NCBI RefSeq assembly: GCF_006345805.1
Contig: NC_042997.1
Location: 82,026,001 to 82,090,000, forward strand
DNA length: 64,000 bases
Source: Octopus sinensis
Lineage: Eukaryota
Direction: 5' to 3'
Part shown: one piece after another, positions 1-11,499 of the stretch
How the letters are laid out: the number at the start of each line of letters is the position of its first letter
Numbering within the stretch: position 1 is the first letter of the stretch
Notes under the pieces: generated by a model
Databases searched by the model: none
Seen by the model: only the letters and a program-made list of their open reading frames with translations
What the model was told of the DNA's origin: nothing
Program-made: the position numbers and the translations under genes

Positions 1-350
1 TCCTGCGCTACGTTGTCATGTCTGCGCTTGTACTCTTTCTGCGCAAGACGTTCACAAGCTTGTGAAAGCGAGTATGTGCGTGTGTGTATATACGTATATA
101 TCTAGGTGGAGAAAAACTGGAACGAAGTGACGAACAGGGTAGCCAATCTCACCCAGAAATTGGTCGAGAGGAAGCTGTTCCTGAAAGGTCGAGTGAGGGG
201 GAGAATGCGTACATCACATCGGTCACCTACTACCGCTTGACCATCGACCCTTGCCCGTTACGTTGCCTGAACAAGCTGGTCGGCATACAACTCCGATTTC
301 TGCGGAGGGATCTCGTTCCGCTGGTAAGGTGCTCCATCTGCTGACAGCAC
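1..350 (+). mobile_element. Tx1/L1-like LINE, RT C-terminal fragment (degenerate)
   Basis: Translation EKNWNEVTNRVANLTQKLVERKLFLKGRAEG.NAYITSVTYYRL..CP...KL...FL...VPLVR.SIC matches the L1/Tx1 'NW...W..R.LSL.GR' region. Near-copies at 3343-3610 and 11500-11890. Confidence 0.7.
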
Positions 351-369
351 CTTACCTTGTCGACCGGGA

Positions 370-830
370 GGGGGCGATGGTGGTACTGCAGTGCTTTTCC
401 GAAAAGATCTGGATTTGTAAATAAAAGCAATATTCCTGGATCCAGAAAGTAATTTAATGGTTCTAGATGTGAGCAGCAGTGACGGCGCTACCTTCAAACA
501 GGGGAGGGCTGTCGGATTACTTCAAGTGTCTGGAGGTTTTCCTAGGAACGTCTCGAGCTTTAGTATTAGTAGGGGATTGAAACGCTGTCTTAGATAAATA
601 TTTCGATTGCGTGGAGCTATCAGATAGGAGAGTGGGTTGCAACATCCTAACAAACCTGCTCAGATGTTTTCAACTGTCTGACAGGTATCGAGTAGATTAA
701 CCCATATACCAGGGTTGCAGAATGGCGAAAATAATAATGGAAAACATTTTACTAGAAATAGACATCTGCTGGTTGGTGGCATGAACAAAATGAATATCCT
801 ACAGGCGCGAAAACTGCATAAACAAAACTT
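370..830 (+). mobile_element. Tx1/L1-like APE endonuclease fragment
   Basis: Manual translation gives AVLFRKDLDL..IFLDPES.LMVLDVSSS and GQSDYFKCLEVFLGTSRALVLVGD*NAVLD (the GDFN motif), with frameshifts. Confidence 0.7.
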
Positions 831-1772
831 TTGCGGGCAGTACTTGGATTTATGGATGCGAATGGATAGAACAAATTTACCAGATTGCTCCAAACTTCCA
901 TGTGGCTGTGGAGGGATGAAATCCGATGTTTCACCTGTGTGGAGACACAAATCATCTCAAGGCCTTTTTCCCACAACAAAAGAGAAAAAAGAGAGTCCCG
1001 CCTTTGCCGACACCACCACCACAACCACACTCAGCAACAGCACCAGCTAATACCGCTGACCACTTCAGCTGCAAAAACAACAGTATCATTAGCTTTACCA
1101 GTAATCATAGCAGCACCGACCTCATTAACCGTAACAACAACATGAACAAGAGCAGTGAAGGCAACAGCAGCGAACAGAACAGGGAACTCACGAACATCTA
1201 AGTCTTTCACATATCAGACAACAACGAAAACAACAGCATCAGAATTACCCAATATAAGAAATTTATTATCAACAGAACAACGGCAAAAATCTCGCAAAGA
1301 GATGTTCCACTCATGTTCGTAACAGTCAGACATGTCCTGCAGCCATGGGAACGACGAAGAGCCTAAATGTCAAAAAGTTAGCAGGTCTGATAAAATAAAA
1401 GGAAATAAAATATAGCCATACCAACACAAAACCTGGCAGGTATGATGAGAGCTGGAAAATATCTTTGTGAATAAATACACAACTAACAGCTCCCCCCCCC
1501 AACAGCAGCGTCACCAGTAATGTCAACATCATTCCCATCGATACCATCACCACCACCACTATCAAAGACACAACCCTCACGAGCACAACATAATTCACAC
1601 ACACAACTCTCAGATCGCACATTCCAACACCAGCAAATGTCAAACATCATTAAATACACAGCAATAATCAAGAACAAAAAAGACCTGAAGGAACGCATAT
1701 ATAACCATACAGACAACGCAGCCCATATTTATCACATCAACAAACAACGTACCAACGCACATAACAGTTATC
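830..1772 (+). mobile_element. Tx1/L1-like ORF1 C-terminal fragment with degenerate CCHC knuckle
   Basis: HVAVEG*NPMFHLCGDTNHLKAFFP is a decayed Cx2Cx4Hx4C, followed by a Thr/Asn-rich linker. A homologous copy lies at 10060-10880. It directly precedes an ORF2 start (LRIVRLNAHDLGSPRK). Confidence 0.55.
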
Positions 1773-2450
1773 CTTAGGATAGTCCGTTTAAATGCACATG
1801 ATTTGGGGTCGCCTAGGAAACATAGTCATCTACTCAGCAACCTCAGATCACGAAGTGTAGATGCAGTGACTCTCAGTGAAGCTAGACTCTGACTGACAAT
1901 CGTTCATGCCGATTTTCGGTGATTTCGCACAGACAGGAGTAGGACAACAAGCCTTTTTCATGCTTCTGGGGGTTTTCCTAGGAATTCCTGTTTTAGTGGG
2001 GGATTTAAACGCCGTCGTAGAGCCACAGTTCGACTGTGTGGGGCTAACGGATAGTAAAGTGGGAGGTAAAAGCCTCACAAACATGCTGAGCAATGGGGTC
2101 GATGAAATCAACCTACCTCATTTCTCTCAATTGCTGGCCTTGTGCGAAAATTTGAAAGCATTATTATTGTTATTATTAGCTGCTGTCGCGTGTAGGACGG
2201 ATACGGCTATCAGCTGAATCGATAGTGAAGATTGTCCCGCCAACTCCCTTTAACCGGGAGGGGCAGGCAATTTTTTATTTATCTGGTGGTTGTAGTGAAA
2301 GAGGTAGTGTGGTGGACACGTTTGAAAGGGCTAAAGACAGACACTTTCGTCTTTGGCCGAACCCTCATCAACTTCAAGTCTCACTTGAGAAGGAAAGTGA
2401 GGGTGGAAGGGAAATGTTGTCTTCTATTAAATTTGTTGAAATGTAGGTGG
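1773..2450 (+). mobile_element. Tx1/L1-like ORF2 N-terminus (APE), internally deleted
   Basis: LRIVRLNAHDLGSPRKHSHLLSNLRSRSVDAVTLSE, then TGVGQQAFFMLLGVFLG..VLVGDLNAVV (ORF 1906-2217). Confidence 0.7.
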
Positions 2451-2627
2451 ATGTGAGATAAATGGCCAGTGTAAATGGACCAATTCTGAGAATACACCTG
2501 TAAAAAGAATAAAAGGAGAAGGGCTCTTGCTCAGTTGATCAGGCACCCGTGGCTTTTGTTGCTTTTCCCACGAGTAACCATTAAAGAGCCTACCACTATT
2601 GGGAGTTTTACTTCTTACTTCTGGATT

Positions 2628-2712
2628 GTTATTTAATGTTTACATGAATGTGAAAACCCTTTGTAACGTCTTGTGTTGTCTTTTATGTATAATTTATCCC
2701 ATAAAAGAATAA
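2628..2712 (+). repeat. Retroelement-like 3' terminal module (copy 1) ending before (ATT)n
   Basis: ttgttatttaatgtttacatgaatgtgaaaaccctttgtaacgtc...cccataaaagaataaa; near-identical copies at 3617-3705 and 16494-16594. Confidence 0.75.
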
Positions 2713-2713
2713 A

Positions 2714-2824
2714 TTATAATTATTAGTATTATTATTAATATTATTATTATTATTATTATTATTTATTATTATTATTATTATTATTAATATTATTATTATT
2801 ATTATTATATTATTATTATTATTA

Positions 2825-2868
<44 letters not shown>
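2714..2868. repeat. Imperfect (ATT)n microsatellite
   Basis: Direct reading. Confidence 0.95.
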
Positions 2869-2959
2869 GGCGGCGTGTTTGGCACAATAGTTAGCACACC
2901 CGGCAGAATGCAAAAATAACTCGTATTACACGAGTAACCTTTAAAGTGCCTATCACTAT

Positions 2960-3190
2960 TGGGAGTTTTAGGAAATACAAAATATCTAACCGTCACTAAG
3001 GAGAGACACACAAATAAGAGAGAAGAAAGCAAAGGACCACTAATGAGAACACAGAACTGTGACAAAAGAACTCTGGCCAAAATAAGATTAAAATTAATGT
3101 AAATAATAAATAAAGCTGAAGCAAATTAACACCAAATATATAGTGCGTGTGTTTTTATTAGCTAAACAGGCAAAATGACTTTTACTAAAT
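2960..3190 (+). mobile_element. PLE pseudo-LTR-like fragment (same family as 41915-42290)
   Basis: aaatacaaaata.ctaacc...aaggagagacac...gcaaaggaccac...aagaactctggcc...gctgaagcaaa...tagtgcgtg aligns by eye with 42060-42275. Confidence 0.65.
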
Positions 3191-3342
3191 ACAACAACAT
3201 TATTATTATTATCATTATTATTAATATTTTAGACGTAACACAGTATCCAAACTCATGAATTTTTTATAGAAGATATTGTGTCTACTGGAGGTTTGTACTG
3301 TCGGTCACGTTACAAGTATCTCAGTGCTACCACTATTGAAGG

Positions 3343-3610
3343 TCCTGCGCCACCTTGTCATGTCTGCTCTTGAACTCTTTCTGCGCAAGACATTCACAAG
3401 CTTGTGAAAGTGAGTATGTGCGTGTGTGTATATATGTATATACCCAGGTAGAGAAAAACTGGAACGAAGTGACGAACAGGGTAGCCAATCTCACCCAGAA
3501 ATTGGTCGAGAGGAAGCTGTTCCTGAAAGGTCGAGCAGAGGGGGAGAATACGTACATCACATCGGTCACCTACTACCGCTTGACCATCGACCCTTGCCCC
3601 TTACGTTGCC
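3343..3610 (+). mobile_element. Second copy of the 1-260 Tx1-like mosaic segment
   Basis: Roughly 90% identical by eye to 1-260, including the internal gtgtgtatat microsatellite junction. Confidence 0.8.
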
Positions 3611-3616
3611 CCTAAT

Positions 3617-3701
3617 ATTTATATGAATGTGAAAACCCTTTGTAACGTCTCGTGTTGTCTTTTATGTATAATTTATATTAGCCCTTGTAGCCCATAAAAG
3701 A

Positions 3702-3769
<68 letters not shown>

Positions 3770-3802
3770 TAATAATAATAATAATTATAATAATAATAAT
3801 AA
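3617..3802 (+). repeat. 3' terminal module (copy 2) plus (AAT)n tract 3706-3802
   Basis: Same module as 2628-2712, followed by about 32 AAT units. Confidence 0.85.
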
Positions 3803-3852
3803 GCTCTGTGTGCCTTGGGTATGTGCTGTAATTTGTTGTGATGCTCTGATTG

Positions 3853-6800
3853 TTACTGTATTGAAGGTGTTTTGCGTAGAATGTGTGCAGTGCCCAGTAG
3901 TGCAATTTTTTGTATGTTATATGTGTTTGTAAGTCCTGGTGTTTTTGTTATGTAATTTTCTGAATATTTTTTTATCATACCTAATGCACCTACTTTGATA
4001 GGAATTGTTTCTGATTTTAGATCCACATTCGAGTTAGAAAGCATCCACATTCGAGTTAGAAAGCATTTTTTTCCTTCATGACCTCTGACAACTATATCTA
4101 GTCTGTTGGCCTTAATTTCTCTATCTGTGTGTATCGGCATATCCCAGAGTATGGTTGCTTTCTCGTTTTCTGTGACCTTTTCTGGTGTGTGCCTATACCA
4201 TCTTTTTTCTGTTGTTATTCCATAATGTTGGCATACCTTCCAGTGTATGTAGCTCCCAACTCTGTCGTGTCTGTGAATATATTCCTTCTTAGCCAGGACT
4301 GGGCAGCCAGGGATAATATGATTTATTGTTTCTTGTCCATCTACACATATTCTGCAGTTACTTGTAATATATCTTTCCATTACATGTTTAAGGAAATTTC
4401 TGGTGGGGAGGCTTGTGCTGCAATTAAAAATCCCTTTGTCTCTCCTTTGAGTCCTGAGCTTCTCAACTATTGCTGGGATTTTTCTTTGTCTATTTCTTTT
4501 GCATTTAGTTTAGTCCAGTACTTGCCATGAAGGGGTTTTTCTTGCCATCGCTTTATCATGGTCCGTTGCTGTTCTAGTTTTAGTTTTGATTTCATTTGCT
4601 TTATAGCTTTTGCTTTCTTCTTCTTCTTCTTCTTCTTCTTCTTCTTCTTCTTCTTCTTCTTCTTCTTCTTCTTCTTCTTCTTCTTCTTCTTCTTCTTCTT
4701 CTTCTTCTTCTTCTTCATATTTGTTAGGTGCTATGCTTTCTTGTTCGTATTTGTCAGCTTCCTTAAATACTGAGAACAACTTTTGGTTTTGCTCGTGTTT
4801 TGCCGCTATTTGTATCAGTTTTCCTTGCTTCTGAGGTAGGTATTGTTGCAGTTCTATGGTGGGTTTTTTTATAGTAGTTTTCCAGCTTTATAAGCCTCTA
4901 CCAATTTCTATACGTTGTATATATAGCCTTTCTATGTCAGATTTTGGGTGATGCATCCTAGATCCTGTCATTATTTTTCTTGTTTCCCTATCTATTTTGG
5001 TTAAGGATATTGTAACTGTAACTTATAACTGGGACGGCTAAAGTGTTAATACCTATTATCTTATTTTTAGCATTGAGCTCTGTTTTTAGTATTGATCTAA
5101 CTCGTCTATAGTATTCTTTCTTTATTTTCTCTTTCATTTGTGTGTGTTGTGTCTTATCTTGTTCATGGATTCCTAAATATTTGTAAGTTTGGCTTTGGTC
5201 TAATTCTTTTATTTCATTGGTTTTATCTAGCGTGATGTTGCTACTCTTAATTTGTTTTCCTCTTTTCAGGGTTACTTTGGCGCATTTTTCTAATCCAAAT
5301 TTCATATCTATTTCTTTGGTGAATCCATGAACTGTCTTTAATAGTGTTTCCAGCTGTTTGTCGTTTGTAGCGTATAGTTTTATGTCATCCATCTATAAAA
5401 GGCGGCTGATCGTTTTGCCGCAAAATTTATATCCGCATCCAGTTCTATTTAGCATATCAGATAGAGGTGACAGTGCCAAGCAGGAAAGGAGTGGAGAGAG
5501 CGTGTCTCCCTGGAATATTCCTCTTCTAATGTGGATGGCTTTGGTTTTCACGATCCCACTTTTGTTTGGAGCTGTAGCACAGTCTGCCATTTATTCATAG
5601 GGTGTCCTATGTAATTTATAATTGTTGGTGCTACTTTGTTAATGGCTAGTGTTTCGAGGATCCATGTGTGGGGGATGCTATCAAACGCCTTTCGGTAGTC
5701 GATCCAGACCATACTGAGGCCTTTCTTCTTTCTGTAGCTGTCTTTCATTAGTTGATCTTTACAGCCATATGAGCCTTCGCGGCACCCCTTCTGCTCTTCT
5801 GGAAACAGGTTGTTTTCATCCAGTTGCTTGTTCAATCTTTGTGATATTACTGCAGTGAATGCTTTGTACATTGTAGGGAGACAGGTTATAGGTCTGTAGT
5901 TTTCTGGTTTTACTGTCTCATTGGATTTGGGAATTAAGAAGGTTTTCCCTTTCGTGAGCCATTCAGGCATTGTCTCTGGCTCTGCCAGTATGTTGTTAAA
6001 GTTTTCAGCCAGCTTTTTGTGCATTCCTGTCAGATATTTCATCCAGAAGTTGGGGATCTTGTCATGCCCAGGTGCTTTCCAGTTGCTTAGTCTTTGCAGT
6101 GCCTGGGTGAACTCTTCAGTTGTTATGGGGGTCCAAATTTGCTGAGATGCTAAGTTTGTTGTTTTAATACTCCTTTTCTGTGGCTGTTCATTCGCCGACC
6201 ATATTTCTTTCCAGAATTCTTCTACTTCTTCCGTTGGTGCTGCGTGATGTCTATTTTATTTCCGCCAAGTTCTTAGCAGAACTTTTTTGGGTTGGAGTTG
6301 AACTGTTTGTTTTGTTCAAAGAAACGTTGGCGTTTCTCATACCGGCGGATCCTTTGTGCTTTGGCAAGGATATCTTGCTTTAGCTTTTCTTTTATCTCAG
6401 GTAAATCTTTTTCTGTGATGTATTTGCACAGTATTTTTGTTTTCTTTTTGTTGCTTAATAGCGTTGATTCTCTACTAATTTCATTAAGAATTGACAGATC
6501 TTTTGTCTTTTTTTGTATTTTGTTTTGGATGTTATTTATCCACAGGATTTGCTTGGGTGGTGGTACTCCTGTTTGGATGGGTTTCAGGGAGTATCCAGCT
6601 TCTTTTGTGACTGCAGTAGCTGCTGCATATACTAAGTCACTTAGCTCAGTGATATCGCTATTTGTTTCAGTGGCTATTAGTTCTGTGACAGCTAGATTTA
6701 TGCTGTTTATAATTGATGCTGTTTTTTTTGTCTATATTAATTTTTGGGAGGTATGGTCGGTGGTCCATTTTGCGATCTGTGTTTTTCAGTTCTTTGATTA

Positions 6801-7583
6801 TTCTACTTTTTATAGTATCATAATCATTAGGCTCCCCTTCGTTGTTTCCAGGTTTTAGATTTGTGTCGCTTTCTTTCTCATTCGTATGTTTGTCTCTCGT
6901 TCTTTGGCTTGCTGCTTGTCGTGCATTATTATGCATCCTTACGGTCTGGGTTTGTTGTTTTGTGTTTACATCGTTTTTGTTGGAAATGTTACGTTTGTCT
7001 TCGTGTTTTACTATCTTAGTGTTTATATTATTTGACATTTTTGTGTGGCTTCTATCTACATTTTGCTGATGTATTTTTTCTTTTAAATGTTCTATTTCTA
7101 TTTCTGATTTTCTTTTGCGTTGAGAATATATCTTCGTACGTTAGCTAGTTTATTAGGGTTCATTGCTGTATCCAAGTCTTTATTTATGTTATTTTTCTTC
7201 CATATTTTATATGTATATGTTGTGCTTTCGTTCTTTTGGTAGAGAACTGCTGTAAAGTAAGTGTGTAGGATAGAAATGTATTCCTCACGTGTCCATTTTT
7301 GCCTTTTTGGTTTTATTTGCGGGACATCAGGAACAGCGTCCGGCTCATTATTTTGACGGTCGTCATTTTCGTAGGGTACCGGTCCGTTCATTTATGTTGT
7401 CACATTGTTCTGCACGTGTAGTTTTTCGTACTTTTTGTGTAACAGGTTCAAAGTACGTACTTCCTGATTGTTATTCTTGGGTTGAATAATACCGGTATTA
7501 TTTAATTTATTCGTAGTTGTTTTGTACATGGTGTTTGGGGCCGGAGATGATCTGTTATTGATGGATCGTAATGTATCACTCAT
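3853..7583 (-). pseudogene. Disrupted single ORF of the R4/Dong element (Myb-RT-CCHC-RLE)
   Basis: Split over ORFs 7392-7583, 7098-7391, 6667-7038, 5548-6042, 5393-5590, 4988-5392, 4467-4779 and 3853-4380 by frameshifts and stops. Confidence 0.85.
4615..4716. repeat. Perfect (TTC)34 = (GAA)34 on the element strand
   Basis: 102 bp counted directly; lies inside the RT-to-CCHC linker. Confidence 0.95.
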
Positions 7584-7857
7584 GTTTACATGGTTGGAGA
7601 TGATATCGAGTTAAAATACATCATTTCGTTTGGAAAATAGCAATAAATTTCAATGAGTATTACTTACTCGGATATAGTCCAATCCTTTGTTAGTTATTTT
7701 TTGGTTCCATGCAATGTCTTTGTTTCCGATGTTTGTGGATAGATTTCGGAGCACTGTTTTATCGCTCTCACATGTTAAACGTTCCCCGGTGGTTTTTGTT
7801 AAACGTTCCGCGGTTGTCCTCGTTAAACGTCTCTTTTTAATATTATTATTATTATTA

Positions 7858-7909
<52 letters not shown>

Positions 7910-8199
7910 GAGTGAGAGAGCAGTGCATGCCATCAAAGTGACACTGGTGTAAAATATACGAAGCCCAGTATACCCATCATGACCACCCGTCTGATAAGGG
8001 TACACTTGGCACACAATATATGAAACATAATATACCCATCATGACTACCCGTCTGATAAGGCTACATCAGGCACATACATCACAACTATATGCGCATGAC
8101 CTTGCAGGTGGGAGCCCAGTTAGAATTTTTATTCAGATCGAGTAACCCATTTCACTCAAAAGGTGCCTGGATAAAAGTTGTTTAATGATGATGAACATA

Positions 8200-8616
8200 G
8201 TCGCAGGAGTGGCTGTGTGGTAAGTAGCTTACTAACCAACCACATGGTTGCGGGTTCAGTCCCACTGCGGGGCATCTTGGGCAAGTGTCTTGTGCTATAG
8301 CCCCGGGCCGACCAATGCCTTGTGAGTGGATTTGGTAGACGGAAACTGAAAGAAGCCTGTCGTATATATGTATATATATATATATGTATGTGTGTGTGTT
8401 TGTGTGTCTGTGTTTGTTCCCCTAGCGTTGCTTGACAACCGATGCTGGTGTGTTTACGTCCCCGTTACTTAGCGGTTCGGCAAAAAGAGACCGATAGAAT
8501 AAGTACTGGGCTTACAAAAAGAATAAGTCTCGGGGTCGAGTTGCTCGACTAAAGGCGGTGCTCCAGCATGGCCGCAGTCAAATGACTGAAACAAGTAAAA
8601 GAGTAAAAGAGTAAAA
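8200..8616 (+). mobile_element. tRNA-headed SINE family A (CORE-like body, internal (TA)/(TG) tract)
   Basis: A-box TGGCTGTGTGG, B-box GGTTCAGTCC, cttgggcaagtgtctt and tail gactgaaacaagtaaaag; at least six copies in the window. Confidence 0.85.
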
Positions 8617-8659
8617 TTCAAACTCCAAACACATGGCTATGATACTCCCTCCCCACAAA

Positions 8660-8686
8660 ATCTGCCCTTCTGGCAAAATTTGAAAC

Positions 8687-8731
<45 letters not shown>

Positions 8732-8942
8732 GGCGGCAAGCTGGCAGAATCGTTAGCACGCCGGGCGAAATTCTCAGCAGTAGTTCGTCCGTCTTTACGT
8801 TCTAAGTTCAAATTCCACCGAGGTCGAATTTGCCTTTAATCCTTTCGGGATCGATAAATTAAGTATCAGTGAAACACTGGAATCGGTGTAATCTACTAGC
8901 CCCTCCCCACAAACTTCATGTTATGTGCTTTTATTAGAAAAG

Positions 8943-9004
<62 letters not shown>

Positions 9005-10060
9005 TAAGGCGGCGAGCTGGCAAAATCGTAAGCACTCTAGGCAAAATACTTAGCGGCATTTCCTCCGCCCTTATGTTCTGAGATCAAATTCCCCCGAGGT
9101 CGACTTTCCTTCTCATTCTTTCGCAGTCGATGAATTAAGTACCTGTTGTATACCGGGGTCGATGCAATCGACAAATCCCCACCACCACAACCACCAAATT
9201 TCAGGCATTGTGTCTTGTAGAAAGGATAATAAAATCATTATTTTTAAGTAACGCGTCAAGCTGGCAGAGTCGTTAGCACGCCGGACGAAACAGCGGCATT
9301 TTGTCCGTCCTTGCTTTCTGAGTTCTAATTCCTCCGTGGTCTTCTTTGCCATTCACCCTGTCGGGGTCGCTAAAATTACTACCAGTCATGCACTGGGGTC
9401 GATGTAATCAGGTAGCCCCTCTCCCGAAAATTCAGGCCTTGTGCCTTTAGTAGAAAGGATTATTATTATTATTATTAAGGCAGCGAGCTCAGTGGTATTT
9501 CGTCCGTATATACCAGCGGTTCTAAATATTTTTTTTTATTTATAGACCCATTTGGTTACAATTTTCATTCTGCTAACTCCCGTAGCCATTCGATATCAAC
9601 AGACTCGTTTTACAGAAACTTTTTTCAAAATTCCTGTTTTGCTCTTCGCACATTAACTTGTGTAGATTGAACTATGTATAATTTAGAGAAAGAACCCTAG
9701 CTATTTCTTGCAATATATACAAATACATACATACAAATATATACATTTAAAACAAAACTTTGTAACGATCCCTTAAAATACTATTGTGGGTCCCCAACTT
9801 ACTATTTTATTGCGTGAAACCCACCAAAATCTTACACGGACTCTCAGGAGTCATATGGTTAAGAAACACTGGTCTATACGTTCTGAGTCCACGTTATCTT
9901 TCATCCTTTCGGGCTCGATGAAATAAATACCCATCAAGCACAGGGGTCGATCCTATTGAACTTCTTCCCTGAAAAACTGCTAGCTCCATGCCAAAATTTG
10001 GAACCATTATTATTATTATTAAGTCGGTGTGCTACTGAATCGTTCGCACGCCAGACAAAA
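8660..10060 (+). mobile_element. Head-to-tail array of about five SINE family B copies, each ending in (ATT)n
   Basis: Repeated head aaggcggc(g/a)agctggcagaatcgttagcacgcc starts at about 8730, 9006, 9250, 9477 and 10021, each directly after an ATT tract; the tail is ttgtgcctttagtagaaaggattatt. Confidence 0.85.
9514..9871. mobile_element. Non-autonomous hAT (Charlie-like) element inserted in a SINE B
   Basis: TIRs CAGCGGTTCT / CAGTGTTTCT (rc); 8-bp TSD gtatatac (9506-9513) / gtctatac (9872-9879); removing it restores SINE text cgtccgtctatacgttctgag. Confidence 0.85.
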
Positions 10061-11330
10061 TGTTTGCTCCAACTTCCGTGGAGGGACGAAAGCCGACGTC
10101 TCACCTGAGTGGGGACACAAATCATCTAAAGGCCTTTTCCCCCAAAACAAAAGAGAGAATGGAGACCCCCCGCCACTTTTGCAGACACCACCACCAGCAC
10201 AGCACTAGTAGAGGAAGATGACTGCTACAGCTGCAAAAACATTAGTAACAGTAGCAGCTACACCCGCAGCAGCACCGACAGCAATAGTCGCAACAGGAAG
10301 AACAAGAGCAGTGGAAGCAACAGTAGCAAGCAGAATAGAGAATACACCAACATCTATGGTTTGAGCATACTAGACAACAGCGAAAACAACAGTATCAGAA
10401 TCCCACAAAACAAGAACTTTATTGTCAACAGAACAACGATAAAAATCTCCCAAAGAACTTAACCCTTTCCTGAGACATCTCCTGCGGCGAGGGGAACGAC
10501 GAAGAGACCATATGTCGAAAAGTCGGCAGGTCTAACAATAGAAAAAGAAATTTAAAAAAAACATTAATTACACTACAGTAAACACGAACAGTACAGGACT
10601 GATGGAACACATACATAATCATAGAGACATGGCACACACCGTTTGTATCACACCAACAAACAACATAACAACACACATGAAAGTCATCCTAACACCACAA
10701 AACATATACAACGCTATAGAAAACAAATATCCTGAAGCAGTAGGGGCTTTTTGGAAGAACCATCAGCAAAAGACTGCATAAAGAACGGTTCGTGGAAATA
10801 TCCACATATAACAATAGGGACAGAACATCCATCCTCACCTCGCCAACAGATCACTACAAGAACCTTTTACCGCATCTATTTCTTAATTTGACATGACCTT
10901 GATTAGGATAGGCAGTATAGATGCACTTGGCTTGATGTCACCTTGAAAACAGGGCCATCTACTCATCGACTTTAGGTCACTAAGTATAGATGTAGTAGCT
11001 ATCAATGTAACCACGCTCTCCGACCAACTATCATTCATGTCCATTTTCCGTGAATACGAGATAAAGTATTTCCATGCAGTTCTACACCCCGAATGAGGTG
11101 TAGAACTGCAGTGTTGATTCGGAAGGATCTGGATCTCAAAATAAGGCATATCTTCCTGAACCAAGAAAGTACGCCGGTGGTCTTGGATGTGAACAGTAGT
11201 GAAGAGGTGCTCTCAGACTGGTGGCCATTTGTGATCCGACAGGAGCAGGACAGCCAGATTTCTTCAGACGTCTGGAGGTTTACCTAGGAACGTCTCTGCC
11301 AGTGGGTGATTACAATGCCGTCTGAGAGTC
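10060..11330 (+). mobile_element. Tx1/L1-like ORF1 end plus APE fragment
   Basis: VEGRKPTSHLSGDTNHLKAF; LIRIGSIDALGLMSP*KQGHLL..FRSLSIDVVAI; AVLIRKDLDLKIRHIFLNQE..VVLDVNSS. Confidence 0.7.
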
Positions 11331-11499
11331 AAGTTTGGCCTGCGCAAATTCAACCACCACTACCACCACCAGTGGTTGAAAATGACAAAAATCACGAATC
11401 TCGCTCTAACAGATTTGCATCTGCTATCATGCAAACACAAGAAAATATAAATCTGTCGAAAGACGATTTTAAAAAATGCCAGATCCACGTTAAAAAGAA

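Larger units (their letters stand above)
3803..8200 (-). mobile_element. R4/Dong-clade non-LTR retrotransposon (RLE type), near full length, frameshifted
   Basis: Domains run in order on the minus strand: Myb-like KRQKWTREEY (7098-7391); RT NYRPITCLPTMYK, QKG, IDYRKAFDSIPH (5548-6042), GIFQGDTLSPLL (5393-5590), MDDIKLY and YKYLG (4988-5392); PLHG; CRIC..ETINHII.GC, RHD, KANRLDIVV (3853-4380). The 3' end abuts (AAT)n. Assigning 7620-8200 to the 5' UTR is inference. Confidence 0.9.

Noticed and set aside
2683-4834. Poly-I/N/K/E/F/S ORFs
   Set aside because: They are translations of (ATT)n and (TTC)n microsatellites.
8200-8290. tRNA-like A and B boxes
   Set aside because: These are SINE heads; there is no complete cloverleaf and the sequence continues into the SINE body.
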